A stretch of 56,700 nucleotides of DNA from Paraspadella gotoi (Eukaryota; Animalia; Chaetognatha), in contig CM119268.1 of assembly GCA_051294375.1 (NCBI GenBank), positions 12,500,237-12,556,936 on the forward strand, given 5' to 3'. Position 1 is the first letter of the stretch, and the number at the start of each line of letters is the position of its first letter. Below the pieces are notes generated by a model that ran no database searches, had not been told where the DNA came from, and saw nothing but the letters and a program-made list of their open reading frames with translations. Position numbers and translations under genes: made by a program. Shown piece by piece: positions 39,000 through 52,548 of the stretch.

Positions 39000-41407
39000 A
39001 GAAATCCGCTATAGAAAAAGAAACCAGTGACTTTTTTCTTATATTTTTATATCGATAGATGTGGAATGATGGGAATATTGTAAATCTCAAGTTTCGCTTT
39101 AATCGGACCTCACATTGTGGAGAAATCTTAGGAAACCCATCAAAATTCCTCCCCTTTTTTTCAACATTCTCGCCTTTTAAGATTTTCGCCGATTCTGACG
39201 TCCTCTTACAAACTTATAATTCCGCTAGTTAATTTTTTTTTCCTTTCATGAGCGAAAGAATCCACAACTTTCTAATATTTTATAATTTCTAGGTAAAAAA
39301 ATATAATACATTACATTAACATTGGAATATTGTGAAAGTGTAATGTCTTGTGAAGCCTGTGAAAGTTGAGTAATTAAAAAATTTGCCTATTTTATTATTA
39401 AAAAATGGAAATTAAAGTGAAGAAGTTGAACATCTTCTAGCTCCTTTCAGTAAACATCCCTGTTCTCTAAAATAGGATAATGTTTACTTTTTGCTGGTGG
39501 AAAAGAAAGATAAATACTTAGACTGTGATGGGGTGAATAATATTTTGTAAGCATGCTTGTAAAATCAGACAAGCAATTATTTAAGTGACAAACAATTTAC
39601 ATTTTCTTTATCCAAAAAACTTTAAAGTTTTACTAGAGTAAAATTTAGCCTTTTTTCTTTCAGAAAAAAGAATTAACTTTCATTTATTCTTATGGGGTGT
39701 CATTAGTTTTAAAATTCATTATAATTTTGACTTAGTTTGACACTCACCCTGTAAGGAGGTTTCAGCATAAGTAATTCTAATATTGTATCTTGTATGTGCC
39801 CTATGATTATTAGGCCTTAGCAAATTTTATAAAGTTTTTTACAGAATTTAGCACTATAGTACAAATTAGTCCCCTATATGCTACTAATTTTTTTCTATCT
39901 TTGTTTTTTGAAAAATCGATCAATAATTGCTTGCAACTCTTTAAAATTTGCAAAAAAAAGGTTTTTTTTATTAAAAATGATAGATATCTTAAAAAATATC
40001 AGTCTGAATCAAATTTAACCTGCGTTAATTTAAAGAGCGGAAAAAATACTTCATTTTACATACTTTATTTTTAAAAATCCGAAAAATACTTTTCCAATTA
40101 TTGATGTTTAAAAAACCGAATTCTCGGCATTTTTAAGTCACATTTTTTTATTTTCCCTTTATAACTTTGAAAATAATGTAAAATAAGGTATAAAACAGAC
40201 TAAATCCTCTAGAGTAAACCTTGGGCTTTCTATTGGCGTAAATAGGTATTAGTTTTTTAATTTTGTTCTGAGCTATGAATTGTTAAATCTTGAAAAAATT
40301 TTGAAAAAAATATTTATTTATTATTTTTGTCTGTGTGCTTACAATTTGAATGTTTATATATCTATCATTATCTACAAACAATAAGCTTTAATTTGAGACC
40401 TCTCCCAACTTTTGACAATTTTTCATTATTGAATTATACGTAAAAGTTAAATTTAAAAAAAAAAATTAATCAATTAATACTTTTAAATGGAATTTTTTTT
40501 TAAAAATAAAGATACAAAAATACAGTTCTACTTATAAGGCTTTAAAACAAATATTTAGAATAAAAAATAATATAAAATTATAATAAAAAATAAATAAAAC
40601 AGATTATTAACTTTATTTTATTATAAAAAATATATGATGTTTAATTAAAACTTAATCACAAATAAAATAACAGGTATATATTAGTTTTAGTGCTTTAATT
40701 CAATCTCATATCTAGCTTTTAATAGTAATAATATTTGTTATTATTTATGAAAAAAAAAAATTTACAAAATTAGTAGCATATAGGGGACTAATTTGTACTA
40801 TAGTGCTAAATTCTGTAAAAAACTTTATGAAATTTGCTAAGGCCTAATGATTATGGCTTCATTTTGGTACTATTGCCATCCCTTTATCTTTATTCCTTCA
40901 AAAGATATTAGGAAAAATCAGTTTTTTTCTCAACCTTCCTTTTAATTTCTTTTTAAATAAAAATTTCGCGATTCAAACCGGACTATTTCATTTAAACCTG
41001 ATCATTTTATGTCAAAATCATTATAAAATTAAAAAAGAAAAATAGGACAAGCTCTTCAGACACAAAGCTATCAGTATCGTGAAATTCGAAGTTGCTCATG
41101 TAACAGAAACATATAGCAATCCCGTTTGCAATTTTAAGTTTGTAAACTATAGTAAAAATGAGGTTTGAAAATTCTCTGAAGATGAGGAGTGCATTTCCCC
41201 TTGCTTGTTTGATATCAAATCCTTTATCAAATGCGATAAAACGAATAGGACAAGCTCTTTAGATGTAACGCTATCGGAATCCTGCGTTTTTACAACTGAT
41301 TTCTACCTGAATTTCTTGCAATCGCGTTTGCAATTTGTGTAGTCAGATTTGAACGGAACTCTCTATTAAAAAAATGTTGAATCTTTTTTAAATCGAGATT
41401 CTCGTCT
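39000..41407 (+). mobile_element. Non-autonomous DNA element family C, copy 1 (contains a hAT MITE)
   Basis: Flanked by direct repeat ACTATAAAT (38991-38999, 41408-41416); colinear with the copy at 49619-52085. Confidence 0.85.
39811..40846. mobile_element. hAT-type MITE, 1036 bp, ~80-bp TIRs (TAGGCCTTAGCAAATTT...), 8-bp TSD ATGATTAT
   Basis: TIRs and TSD (39803-39810, 40847-40854) read directly; the empty site with a single ATGATTAT is in the paralogous copy at ~51513. Confidence 0.93.
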
Positions 41408-41744
41408 ACTATAAATTCAAGTGTAAATAGCTGTAAAAGGGAAGCGAAAAATCAAGACTAACTAAATGAAGCCAAAACATCGGTTGACGAGGAAGGGAGG
41501 AAAATCAAGAGCACTCTACTTCTGGAAATTAGGTAAGAAGCGGATATAAACTAAAATATAACCCATGTATAAAATGTTTAGGATACTCAATGGCATGCAA
41601 AAATTAAAATAGGATTATGCTAGTTATATTTTTATGATGATATGATACAAACAAAAGACAATTATAATTATGTTAATGAGAATGACATATACGTAATGGA
41701 GAAAAAAGAGGATAAGGAGGAGGATGCGACGAGCGAAGCAGTCA

Positions 41745-41846
41745 TCAAGCTCTCGACGACGAGGGGTTAAGCGTCTGTTCCAGTTCTGCCCTCTTCTGTT
41801 GAACTTTAGAGTAAAAGTAGCGGCAAACGGCCTCTTGAGACCAGTC
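41745..41846 (-). CDS. SMARCD1: SWI/SNF subunit BAF60/SMARCD, terminal exon
   Basis: CCCAG acceptor; [26 protein letters not shown]...stop matches the conserved SMARCD C-terminus. The paralog number is nominal. Confidence 0.95.
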   Translation of the reverse strand, partial: DWSQEAVCRYFYSKVQQKRAELEQTLNPSSSRA

Positions 41847-41946
41847 CTGGGCACAGGAAATATTGAATGCGCGGTTATTTCACGCGCGTTCGTATTGCAA
41901 TCCACACATAAAATACTAAAACGTACTATTGATACACAATTCTTAC

Positions 41947-41996
41947 CTGGTAATAAAAGTCAGCTTTGCGCTCCTCCTCTGGATTTCCCACGACAT
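41947..41996 (-). CDS. SMARCD1: BAF60/SMARCD penultimate exon
   Basis: TTAG acceptor, CAG|GTAAGA donor; (D)VVGNPEEERKADFYYQ; phase 1 joins the exon ending at 55432. Confidence 0.95.
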
Positions 41997-42617
41997 CTAA
42001 TCAAGAAAAAACAAGTTTGAGCAAACAATGTCGAGATCTGCCAAGCGATACATTAATTATATTAATTAATTAATAGATTAATTAATTAAATTAATAATTA
42101 ATTAATTAATTAATTAATTAATAGATTAATTATAATTTATTATCAGCTTGTCATCATCGATGTCCTTAAAATTGAGTCAGGACAGTTATTAAATGTTTTG
42201 TTTACATTTTATCAAAACAAACAAATATCCTCTATTATCGAGCCAGGCGGGCAAAGCCCGTCCTGTCTAGATTTTTTTTTTCGGTTTAGCTTTCGGTCTC
42301 GCTTTTTTGCAATCATGGCTTCTGAAAGTGTGATATCATAGGGAGTTGAATTTTTCATATATGGCTTCTAATCATCAAGATCTTTAAAATCTCATGTTTC
42401 AATATCAATATTGGTATTTGTTTATGTTTTATTTACAAAACAAAAACGTTTTAATTATATGTCGCTCTCTCTCTCTCTCTCTTTTTCTCCGTCACTGCTT
42501 CTTCTAAAAACGAGTTCCGGCTCTGCAGCGTCTGTCCAGCTTCTTTCTCTCTCTCTCTCTCTCTTTTTTTACAAAATTTTTTTAGATATAATGTGGGTTC
42601 ACTAATGTAAAAAACGA

Positions 42618-42690
42618 TGCCGCGAACAGGGCGCGAACCCGGGTCCTTTGGGTAGAGAATAGCTCACGCTACGTGCGGCGCCATAAGTAC
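42618..42690 (-). mobile_element. tRNA-derived SINE head or tRNA pseudogene
   Basis: A-box-like TGGCGCCGCACGTAGC, B-box-like GGTTCGCGCCC, followed by a T6 run; the acceptor stem does not pair. Confidence 0.6.
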
Positions 42691-43559
42691 TGCTGATTCT
42701 TTACACGAGTAAAGGGGCTGTAGAGCTTCTCTCTCTCTCTCTCTCTTTTAATTATTATATATCGCTCTTTCTCTTTTTCTCTGCAGCGGCTGTCTCTCTC
42801 TCTCTCTCTCTTTTTTCTCTCTCTCTCTCTGTCTCTCTGTGTGTGTCTGTCCCTATCTGTCCGATCTTTTGCGTGATCGTTTTGTTTTTTGAAAAATTCT
42901 GATTATTTTTTCCTTCTAAAAACTTTTTATTATTGCCATTTATTCCGCGCTTTTTTTCAATACAAATCCCATATTTTCATCCGAGATTTTCGTGGATTTA
43001 TTCTCTTTCTCTTTCTCTCTCTCTTCTCTCTCTCTCCCTCTCTCTCTTTCTTTCTCTCTTCTCTTCTCTCTCTCTCTTTTCACTCATACACGCATTTGTT
43101 TGTTTTATTGACTATCATCGCATCAATGAATGACAATCATCGCATCAATGAATGACAATCATCGCATCACTGAAATGACTATCATCACAGCAGTGAATGA
43201 CTATCATCGCATCAATAATTGATTATCATCGAATCAATAATCAATTCCTATTACATCAATAAATTACTATTACATCAATCAATTAGTATTACCTCAATCA
43301 ATTACTAGTACATCAACAATCGTTATCGCATGATTCATTCGTTTTTTTCCCGGTTTTTTTCATTAATTTTCTATGATAGTGGGCTCTGGCTCGATCTTGA
43401 GTCTTTTAAGATTTTTTTATTTTATGTCTCTCTCTCTCTCTCTCTCTCACTCTCTCTCTTTCCTCTCTCTCTTCTTCTCTCCCTCTCCTCTCTCTTTCTC
43501 TTCTCTCTCTCTCTTTTTATGCAATAGCGACGATCCTTATGCTTTTAAAGATTTTTTTA

Positions 43560-44713
43560 ACTTGCATCATTTTTTCAACTTTCATAATTTTTTCAACTTG
43601 CATTCCGTCAAAACTTTATATCTAGCTTCTTCACTCACTTCCTACCGGCTCACAAAATTTCATCTCAATCTATCATGGGTTAAAATAAATAAAAAGATTC
43701 AAGTAAATGTGACTCATATTTTTTTCATTTAAACTCATTTCCACTGGTACGTTTCCACTGAAACTTTATATCAAGCTTCGTCATACGTTTTCCTACCACA
43801 CAAAAATTTCAACTCAATCTATCATCACCATTATGATTAATTGGAGTATTTATTGGTTAAAATAAGTAAAAAGATTTTAGTAAATTCGACTTATGTTTTT
43901 TCCATTTAAACTAATTTCCACTCACACGATTCCATCGAAATTTATATCCAGCTTTATCACACACTTTCCTACCCACACACAAAATTTAATTCCAATCCAA
44001 CCAGCCAATCACGAGTTATTGGAGTTTTTGCTAAGATGGGACGGATGGACGGATTGATTGACTAATTAATTAATTATTGATTAATTTATTTACTAATTGA
44101 TTAATTAACTGATTAATTATTTGATTTATTAATACATCCTGCAGATACATTTAATATAAAAGGAAAAAGAAGCATAATCAATTAGTAAACAGGTTTTTTG
44201 TTTTTTTCCATTTAAACTCATTTCCACTCAAACTATTCCATCGAAACTTGATTTCCTGTTCAATCACACACTTTCCTACCCACATACAAAATTCCAGGTC
44301 AATCAGCCCATCCACTCATGAGCAATTGGTGTTCAAATAGTGAATATATTTTTTTTGTTTTTTTCCATTTAAACTCATTTCCACTCGGACGATTCCATCA
44401 AAACTTAATATCCAGCTCAATCACACACTTACCTATCCACACACAAAATTTCATTTAAATCCATCCATCCAATCACGAGTAATTGGTGTTTTTTGCTAAG
44501 GTGGGACGGACGGACGGGGACGGACGGACGGACGGACGGACGGACGGACAGACAGACAGACAGACGACGGACACATCATTTTTTTGCCATAATTTATCAT
44601 AATTCGATGTTCTGACATGATATAAGTGTGTGCCCGACAATATTGAGGGGGCGGGACGCGACGGACCGAAAAAGTGAGTTATAGAGTCGGGATCTGCTGA
44701 TAAGCAGACCGAC
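43560..44713 (+). mobile_element. Helentron/DINE-1-like non-autonomous element, most complete copy
   Basis: Tandem ~170-bp core subrepeats (TTTCCATTTAAACTCATTTCCACTC...), (GGAC)n(AGAC)n tract at ~44505-44570, terminal stem-loop GTCGG..TCTGCT-GATA-AGCAGA-CCGAC (44686-44713); no TIR or TSD seen. Confidence 0.65.
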
Positions 44714-45941
44714 TAAAAAATCAGACATCACATCAAACTCAGACGTTACTATCAAAGAAAGTTATTGATGGCGATGATAACCAATTATTGATGCGATGAT
44801 AACCAATTATTGATGCGATGATAACCAAAGATAGATGCGATGATAACCAAAGACAGAACTAAAATCTCTCTTTGCTCGATGAGGAGGAAGGGAAAGGGAG
44901 GAAAAGAGGCGGAAGAGGAAGAAGAAAAGGTATCTCACGGTTCCCTAGACACCCCGAAAAAGAAAATAGAAATAACCCATTTTTGAAACATAAAAAAATG
45001 AAAAATATAATGTTTTTACTACATCGTAGTGAAGTCGAAAAATTCTGATCCAAGCAAGTTTTTTTTTAATTGAATTTTAAAGTTTTGTTGTAATTTTTCA
45101 TACAAAATAATGAGAAACTAATCAACGACTTTGTCATTCTTTTGTCAAATTTTACTTTCTTTATATCAATCATTATCTACTGAAAGAGCCTACGATTATT
45201 CGTTCTCAAGTTATTATTGAAAATAACTCAATTTATTATAAAAATAGTAACCATTTTGTAATTATTACATGAAAGACTTAATCAATTGTTATTTAATAAA
45301 AACTATAGAAATGTAACATACAATTGCTTAGCTTCAAAATAAACCTAATTTTAAAATTTTTCTTCAACAAATAACTACTATAAAATGCTATGTATAAAAT
45401 TATTAAATTTTATGTATATATTTTTAAATAATTTAACATCAAGCAAGAGCATAATTAGTAATATTATACATCCAAAAGAATCCTTATTTTATGAGCTTTC
45501 TTTTGAGTCTAATCTCAGATCTCTGTGATAATTCGTTTTTGAGATATTGACAAAAACAATTCCACAAAATGCTTAAAAAGTAAAAAAAATATTCAAAAAA
45601 TATTAATATTTGAGTCGATTTTGTCATAAAAGGTTTTAATTGATAGAAAAATATTCCAATAATAGATTAAATTTAATATGTAAAGGTTTTTTAATCAAAC
45701 ATGACTTGTGATCGCCTTTTTTCTCCAAAAATATACAAAAAAATTTGTGATTTGTCTAATTTTTGCTAATAATTTAAGGTTTTATTATTAGAATTCTTAC
45801 TGAAAAATGATATAATATAAAAATATGGCTATTTCTGATTCTAGCGAGCTATCATACTTTAAAATATCATAAAAAATAAGTATTATGAAGTCAAAATGAA
45901 AAAAAAAGGTCAGTACCGAAATCGATTTTTAGTAATTTCTT

Positions 45942-45972
<31 letters not shown>

Positions 45973-46364
45973 AGGGAGATAAAGATAGATAGAAAGCCTT
46001 TATGTGTGTTCAAACTTAAAAAATATTTGAAATTAAATTTAGACAAATAAAGTTTAATGAAATATAATTCAAAATATAACAGACAAAATTGAAAGAGAAA
46101 GAAAAATTATAGTTTCAAATGCAGGAAAAGGAAAGGTGATGAAAAAAAAATGATTAAAAAAACGTGTAAAAAACGATTAATATTAAAAATTTTAATTATT
46201 GTAATAAAAAATATTTTAAAAATGAATTAAAAAGGAATTCATCAAAGAAAAAAATTCTAATAACAAAAAACAAAACATAAAAAAATAAACTAATGTTGGA
46301 GGTGGTGAGTTAAGCGGAATTGACATTTATTTGCTCTTTTTATGCAAAATGTTAGCCTTCTTTA

Positions 46365-47810
46365 ATGAGACAATCAAGTTTCGATGGATATGAAGTTTCG
46401 AGTGAATCGTGCAAGTGGAAATTGGTTTAAATGAAAATACAAAAAAATATATTTCACTATTTGAACGCCAATTGCTCATGAGTGGAAAGGCAATTGACTT
46501 GAAATTTTGTATGATCGTAGAAAAGTGTGTGATTGAGCTGGATAATAAAGTTTCGATGGAATCGTGCGAGTGGAAATGAGTTAAATGGAAAACAAAAGTC
46601 ATATTTACTTGAAGTATTTTTACTTAAATTTCTCATAATTATTTTGTTTATTAAAAATTGGATAGATAAATCGAAATTTAATTTTGTGTGTGGGTAGGAA
46701 AGTATGATAAAGCTGGATATAAATTTTTAGATGGAATCGTAGGAGTGGAAAAGAGTTCAAATTAGAAAACCAAAAGACACATTTATTTGAATTTTTTAAA
46801 GTTTCTCTCTCTCTATCTCTCTCTGATTGATTGATTAACCAAATTATGCAAATTGACAAAAATATGCCAGTTGACAAATTCTTAAAGTTGACCAAATTAT
46901 GCCAGTTGACAAAATTCTGCAAGTTGATCAAGTTCTGCAAGTTGACCAAATTATGCCTGTTGACCAAATAATGCCAGTTGACCAAATTAGGCCAGTTGAT
47001 AAAATTATGCAGTTGACCAATTATCTAATTGATCAAATTATGTCAGTTGACCAATTATGTCAGTAGACCAAATTATGTCAGTTAACCAAAATATGTCAGT
47101 TTCAAAATTATGCAAGTTGATTAAAATTATGCAAGTTGACCAAGTTAGCTTAATACCACTTAATTATCGATTGACCTGGAATTTTGTATGTGAGTAGAAA
47201 AGTGTGTGATTGAACAGGAAACAAGTTTCAATGGAATTTTTGAGTGGAAAGGAGTTTAAATGGAAAAAAACAAAAAACCTGTTTCACTAATTAATTATGC
47301 TTTTTTATTTTTATATTAAATGTAAATGCAGGATGTATTAATAAATCAAAATATTAATCAGTTAATTAATCAATTAGTCAATTAATCAATAATTAATTAA
47401 TCAGTCAATCAATCCGTCCATCCGTCCCACCTTAGCAAAAAGCTCATAACTCGTGATTGGCTGGTTGGATTGGAATGAAATTTCGTGTGTGGGTAGGAAA
47501 GTGTGTGATAAAGCTGGATATAAATTTCGACGGAATCGTGTGAGTGGAAATGAGTTTATGGAAAAACATAGTCGCATTTACTAAAATATTTTTTACTTAT
47601 TAACCATAAGTACTCTAATTAATCATAATTGGATGGATAGATTGAGTTCAAATTTTGTGTGGGTAGAAAAATGTGTAACGATGCTTGATATAAAGTTTCG
47701 GTGGAAACGTACGAGTGGAAATGAGTTTAAATAAAAAAATATGAGTCACATTTACTTGATCTTTTTACTTATTTTAACCCATAATAGATTGAGATGAAAT
47801 TTTGTGAGCG
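46365..47810 (-). mobile_element. Same Helentron/DINE-1-like family, inverted copy with an 18-bp tandem array (GTTGACCAAATTATGCCA, 46836-47145)
   Basis: Reverse-complement matches to 43640-44330 and 52550-53220. Confidence 0.7.
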
Positions 47811-47813
47811 GGT

Positions 47814-47857
<44 letters not shown>

Positions 47858-48625
47858 AGAAAAAATGAGCATAAGGATCGTCGCAATTGCAAAGAGAGAG
47901 AGAGAGAATTGAATTGAATTGAACAGTACATGACCTGGACAGCAACTAGTACGTCTTAAGAGGTCTTTTGTTTTTCGTTTTGAAAATACATGATACTCTG
48001 TAAAAGCGTACGGAATGTCACTAAAGGCGATCATTCACTTAAATTCTCTGTTCATTTGTTTCCAAACGTTTTCAATCGTTCAATCAGCTAACATGAGATA
48101 CAATTTGGATTAAGTTACATTAATCAATGTAGAAACCTATTTAAACAATGTCAGGGTGATTTTGTAAAAAATAGAGACAAATTTTTTGTTTTTTTTTTTG
48201 TTTTGTTTTTGTGTGTTTTTTTTTTTTTTATTTATTTTATTTATTTTTTTTTTTGTGTGTTTTTTTTAAGCAAGTAACATACATTTGAAAATTCAAATAT
48301 ATTAGGCTACATATAAATTCTTAAATTGTAAGAAAACAGTAGAATAACAAATATCACAGGATAAATTGTGAGATACTATGATTTCTTTCTAAAACAATCA
48401 TGCAAGGTTTCAAATCCGAGTTTTGTGGAAACGATTTCAATGGAGAAACATGGGTTTTTGTGCTCTCTTCATCAGATCTTCTAATGATGTCATCAAACAG
48501 GTCATTTTTCCAACGATATTTAGGACCCTTTTCCGTGCTAAGTTGAAAAGAGTTTCTGATAGATTGGATGTGTTGCTTGCATCGAGAACCAGTCGATTAG
48601 CAGTATGGATTGGTATGGAGAGAGT

Positions 48626-48664
<39 letters not shown>

Positions 48665-49618
48665 CAGAAAAATGAGCATAAGGATCGTCGCAATTGCAAA
48701 GAGAGAGAGAAAGAGAGAGAGTCCGAGATTAAAATTAGCAAATAAAAAGTTGTTATTTTATTCACTGAATAAAAAATTGATAAAATTTTATTCCGATAAC
48801 ATTGTTTAATCACATGCAATATATCCTAGTAAGGCGGGCCAATATTGAACATTTTTTATAACTTCTAGTTCTCTTTAAAATTTTTTTTTCCTTTTACTAC
48901 TAAATCGATTTTCAATGTAACTTTTTGAATTAGTTCATTGGGTTGTTGCATGAAGCTTTTAAATATTTATTAATATATAATAATTATATAAAGTTTTGAC
49001 GGAATTGTGCCAGTGGAAATGAGTTTAGATGGAAAAAACATAAGTCACATTTACTTGAATCTTTAATATTAATGATTACTAATAAATGTTTTAATTAATT
49101 AATTAATTAATTAATGTGAAAAAATGATGCAAGTTAAAAGAATCTTAAAAGCATAAAGATCGTCGCAATTGCATAAAAAGAGAGAGAGAGAGAGAGAGAG
49201 AGAGTGAGAGAAGGAGACATAAAATAAAATAGAGGATATTTGTTTTTTTGATAAAATGTAAACAAAACATATTTAATAACTGTCCTAACCCAATTTAAGG
49301 ACATCGATGATGATAAGTTGAATATAAATTTAAAATTAATTATTACATATTAAAATTAATTAATTAATTGATTAATTAATTAATTATTGTAGGCAGATCC
49401 GACATTGTTTGCTCAAATTGTTTAATAAGCTATCAATTGGTACAATTATTACAATACAATTGAAACATTCTTTGAATCATTATTAAGGCGTAGTCAAAGT
49501 TACATATGAAAATTCTAAAAGTCAATTTTGAATAACATACCATCAGTGAACATTAATTTATAAAAAAAATTAATTTTATGTTTTTTAATTTTCGCAGTAG
49601 GCTATATTTATATATAGT

Positions 49619-52085
49619 AGAACCAAATTCCTATAGTCGATCCCAAACCTTTTTCATAATATTTTATATTTTTGATAGAGAATGACTGAATAATGTAAAT
49701 CTTAAGTTACATCTAAATTGGCCCATGGGTTTAGAAGAAATTGACCAAAAACAACCAAAATTCCTCTCCCTTTTTTCAACATTCTCGCCTTTTAAGGCCA
49801 GGGATCACTCAAACTAAAATTGTAGAAATCTCAATTTACTGTATGTTAATCATTTTCTTGCATCCTGTAAGAGGTTTTCCATTAAAAAATAATCGAACAC
49901 TTTTAAAAATCTACCTAAAATGTTCATAAAAATTTAAACAATTTTTTTTTCTCGGTAAAACTAGATTTTTAAAAGAAAAATATTTTTTTAAAGGTAAGCT
50001 AAATTCTATGACCAAATTTTTAACTTAAAACTGATTCTTTACAGTAAGCTCAATTACTACTTCTTATATTTAATTCTTCTTTTGATGCAAGTACGTACAT
50101 TGGAGTTGTATCACTAATAAATCTAAAATAAACTACTCTACACATTTTCAGACGGTTTTTATGGTTTTATGAGTTTTATTAGTTAAAAAACTATCAAATT
50201 AATTTCAATTTGGCTTATATCATAAAAATAGTTGCCCTATTTCTAGGAATCACTGAAAAAAAAATCAAATCTGGATTAAAAAAATTTAAAACAGTAAGCC
50301 GTATTTTTAAGACATCGGCGTTGAACAAAGTCCATTATCACATCCCGTGTTTGTGTATGTTGTGTTGAATCTTCAAGAGTAATAGTACGGAATTTAACTT
50401 TCTTGACGAAAAGAAGTTGAAAACGAAGAGTTGCAGCTCAAACCGTTGGACTAATCTTCTAGAAAAAAATATCTAGGGCAAGAAAGGAAAGGTGGGGAGA
50501 TTCTATGAGCGCTTTTTTTGAAAAACGTTTTTTGTTTCAAAGATATAAAGGAATTAATCTCAAAAATTGACTAAAATAATCAAATTTTCTATGAAGGAAG
50601 GCAAATTTTGAAAGTATCTTTTCATAGAATTGGAGTCCCTGACCTAAAGGTAATTCATGCCAAATTTCATGAGAAACCGCCTTACCGTTTGGGCTGCAAC
50701 TCTTCAAATAGGTTTCTTTTATTTTATATAGTACCAAAAAAATTAAAAAAAACGACTACGCCTTTGAAAAAATAGTAAAGTGAATACATTTTCGGAATCG
50801 TCAGGAGCTCTTCTTTCAAAATCCGAGCTCGGTTTTAGCCTAATTATAATTTGAATTGAGTGATCCCCGACTTTTAAGATTTTCGCCGATTCTGACTTCC
50901 TCTTACAAACTTATAATTCCGCTAGTTAATTTTTTTTTTCTTAAACGAGCGAAGGGAATCCACAACTTCCTGTTAGTTTATGATTTCTGGGTAAAAAATA
51001 TAATAAATTACATTAACATTGGGATATTATGAAAGTATAATATCTTATGAAGCCTGTGAGAGTTAAATAATTTAAAAAATTGCTTATTTATTATTGAAAA
51101 ATAACATCAAAGTGAAGAAGTTAAATGTCTTCTGGTTCCTTTCAGTAACATCCCTGTTCTCTTCAATAAGATAATGTTTACTTTTTGCTGGTGGAAAAGA
51201 AGGATAAATACTTAGGCTGTGATGGGTAAATAATATTTTGTAGAATTTTGTAAGCATGCTTGTAAAATCAGACAAGCAAATATTTAAGTGCAAAAAAAAT
51301 TCACATTTTCTTTATCCAAAAAACTTAAAGTTTTACTAGAGTACAATTTAGCTTTTTTTCTTTCAGAATCATTAAAAGAATTTAATTTTCATTTATCTCT
51401 TATGGGGTGTTATTAGTTTTAAAAGTCATTATAATTTTGACTTAGTTTGACACTCACCCTGTAAGGAGGTTTCAGCAAAAGTAATTCTAAAATTGTATCT
51501 TGTATGTGCCTTATGATTATGGCTTCATTTAGGTACTATTGCCATCCCTTTATCTTTATTCCTTCCAAAGATATTAGGAAAAATCAGTTTTTTTTCACAA
51601 CCTTCCTTTTAATTTCTTTTTAAATAAAAATTTCGCGATTCAAACCTGACTATTTCATTTAAACCTGCTCATTTTATTTCAAAATCTTTATAAAATGAAA
51701 AAAGAAAAATACGACAAGCTCTTCAGACACAAAGCTATCAGAATCGCGAAATTCGAAGTTGCTCATGTAACAGGAACATATAGCAATCCCGTTTGCAATT
51801 TTAAGTTTGTAAACTTTCCCTTTAATTTCTATAGTAAAAATGAGGTTTGAAAATTCTCTGAAGATGAGGAGTGCATTTCCCCTGGCTTGTTTGATATCAA
51901 ATCCATCATCAAATGTGATAAAACGAATAGGACAAGCTCTTCAGATGTAACAATATCGGAATCCTGCGTTTTTACAACTTTTCTACCCGAATTTCTGGCA
52001 ATCGCGTTTGCAATTTGGGTAGTCAGATTTGAATGAAACTCTATTAGAAAAATGTTGAATTTTTTTTAAATCGAGATTCTCGTCT
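49619..52085 (+). mobile_element. Non-autonomous DNA element family C, copy 2 (contains a Kolobok-like MITE)
   Basis: Flanked by direct repeat ATATATAGT (49610-49618, 52086-52094); empty site at ~36140. Confidence 0.88.
49796..50873. mobile_element. Kolobok-like MITE family A, 1078 bp, TTAA TSD
   Basis: TTAA at 49792-49795 and 50874-50877; imperfect TIR GGCCAGGGATCACTCAA / AAGTCGGGGATCACTCAA with purine-purine termini; empty site CTCGCCTT-TTAA-GATTTTCGCC at ~39177. Confidence 0.85.
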
Positions 52086-52262
52086 ATATATAGTACTATC
52101 CTTATAAAATCAAAAATTTTCAAAATAGACTTTTCTTAATTTTGATTGCAGATTTGAATTCCTCGTCAAAAGTTGATAAAAGGAAATATAAATCATTTTT
52201 AAAAATTCTTTCATTAATTTTTCAGCTCAAAATATAGCTTTTCTAATTTTTGACCCACTTAA

Positions 52263-52548
52263 GGTCCGGGATCACTCAATTCAAATTATAATTAGGCTAA
52301 AACCGAGCTCGGATTTCGAAAGGAGAGCTCCTGACGATTCCGAAAATGTATTCACTTTACTATTTTTTCAAAGGCGTCATCGTTTTTTCGATTTTTTTTG
52401 TACTATATAAAATAAAAGAAATCTAATTGAAGAATTGCAGCCCAAACGGTAAGGCGGTTTTTCATGAAATTTGGCATGAATTACTTTTAGGTCACGAACT
52501 CCAATTCTATGAAAAGATACTTTTAAAATTTGCCTTCCTTCATAGAAA
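52263..52548. mobile_element. Kolobok-like MITE family A, terminal fragment
   Basis: TTAA|GGTCCGGGATCACTCAATTC; reverse complement of ~50580-50873. Confidence 0.85.

Larger units (their letters stand above)
49487..52258 (+). mobile_element. MITE family B copy interrupted by element C
   Basis: Starts TTAA|GGCGTAGTCAAAGTT; resumes at 52095 exactly as in the uninterrupted copy at 36017-36280. Confidence 0.8.
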
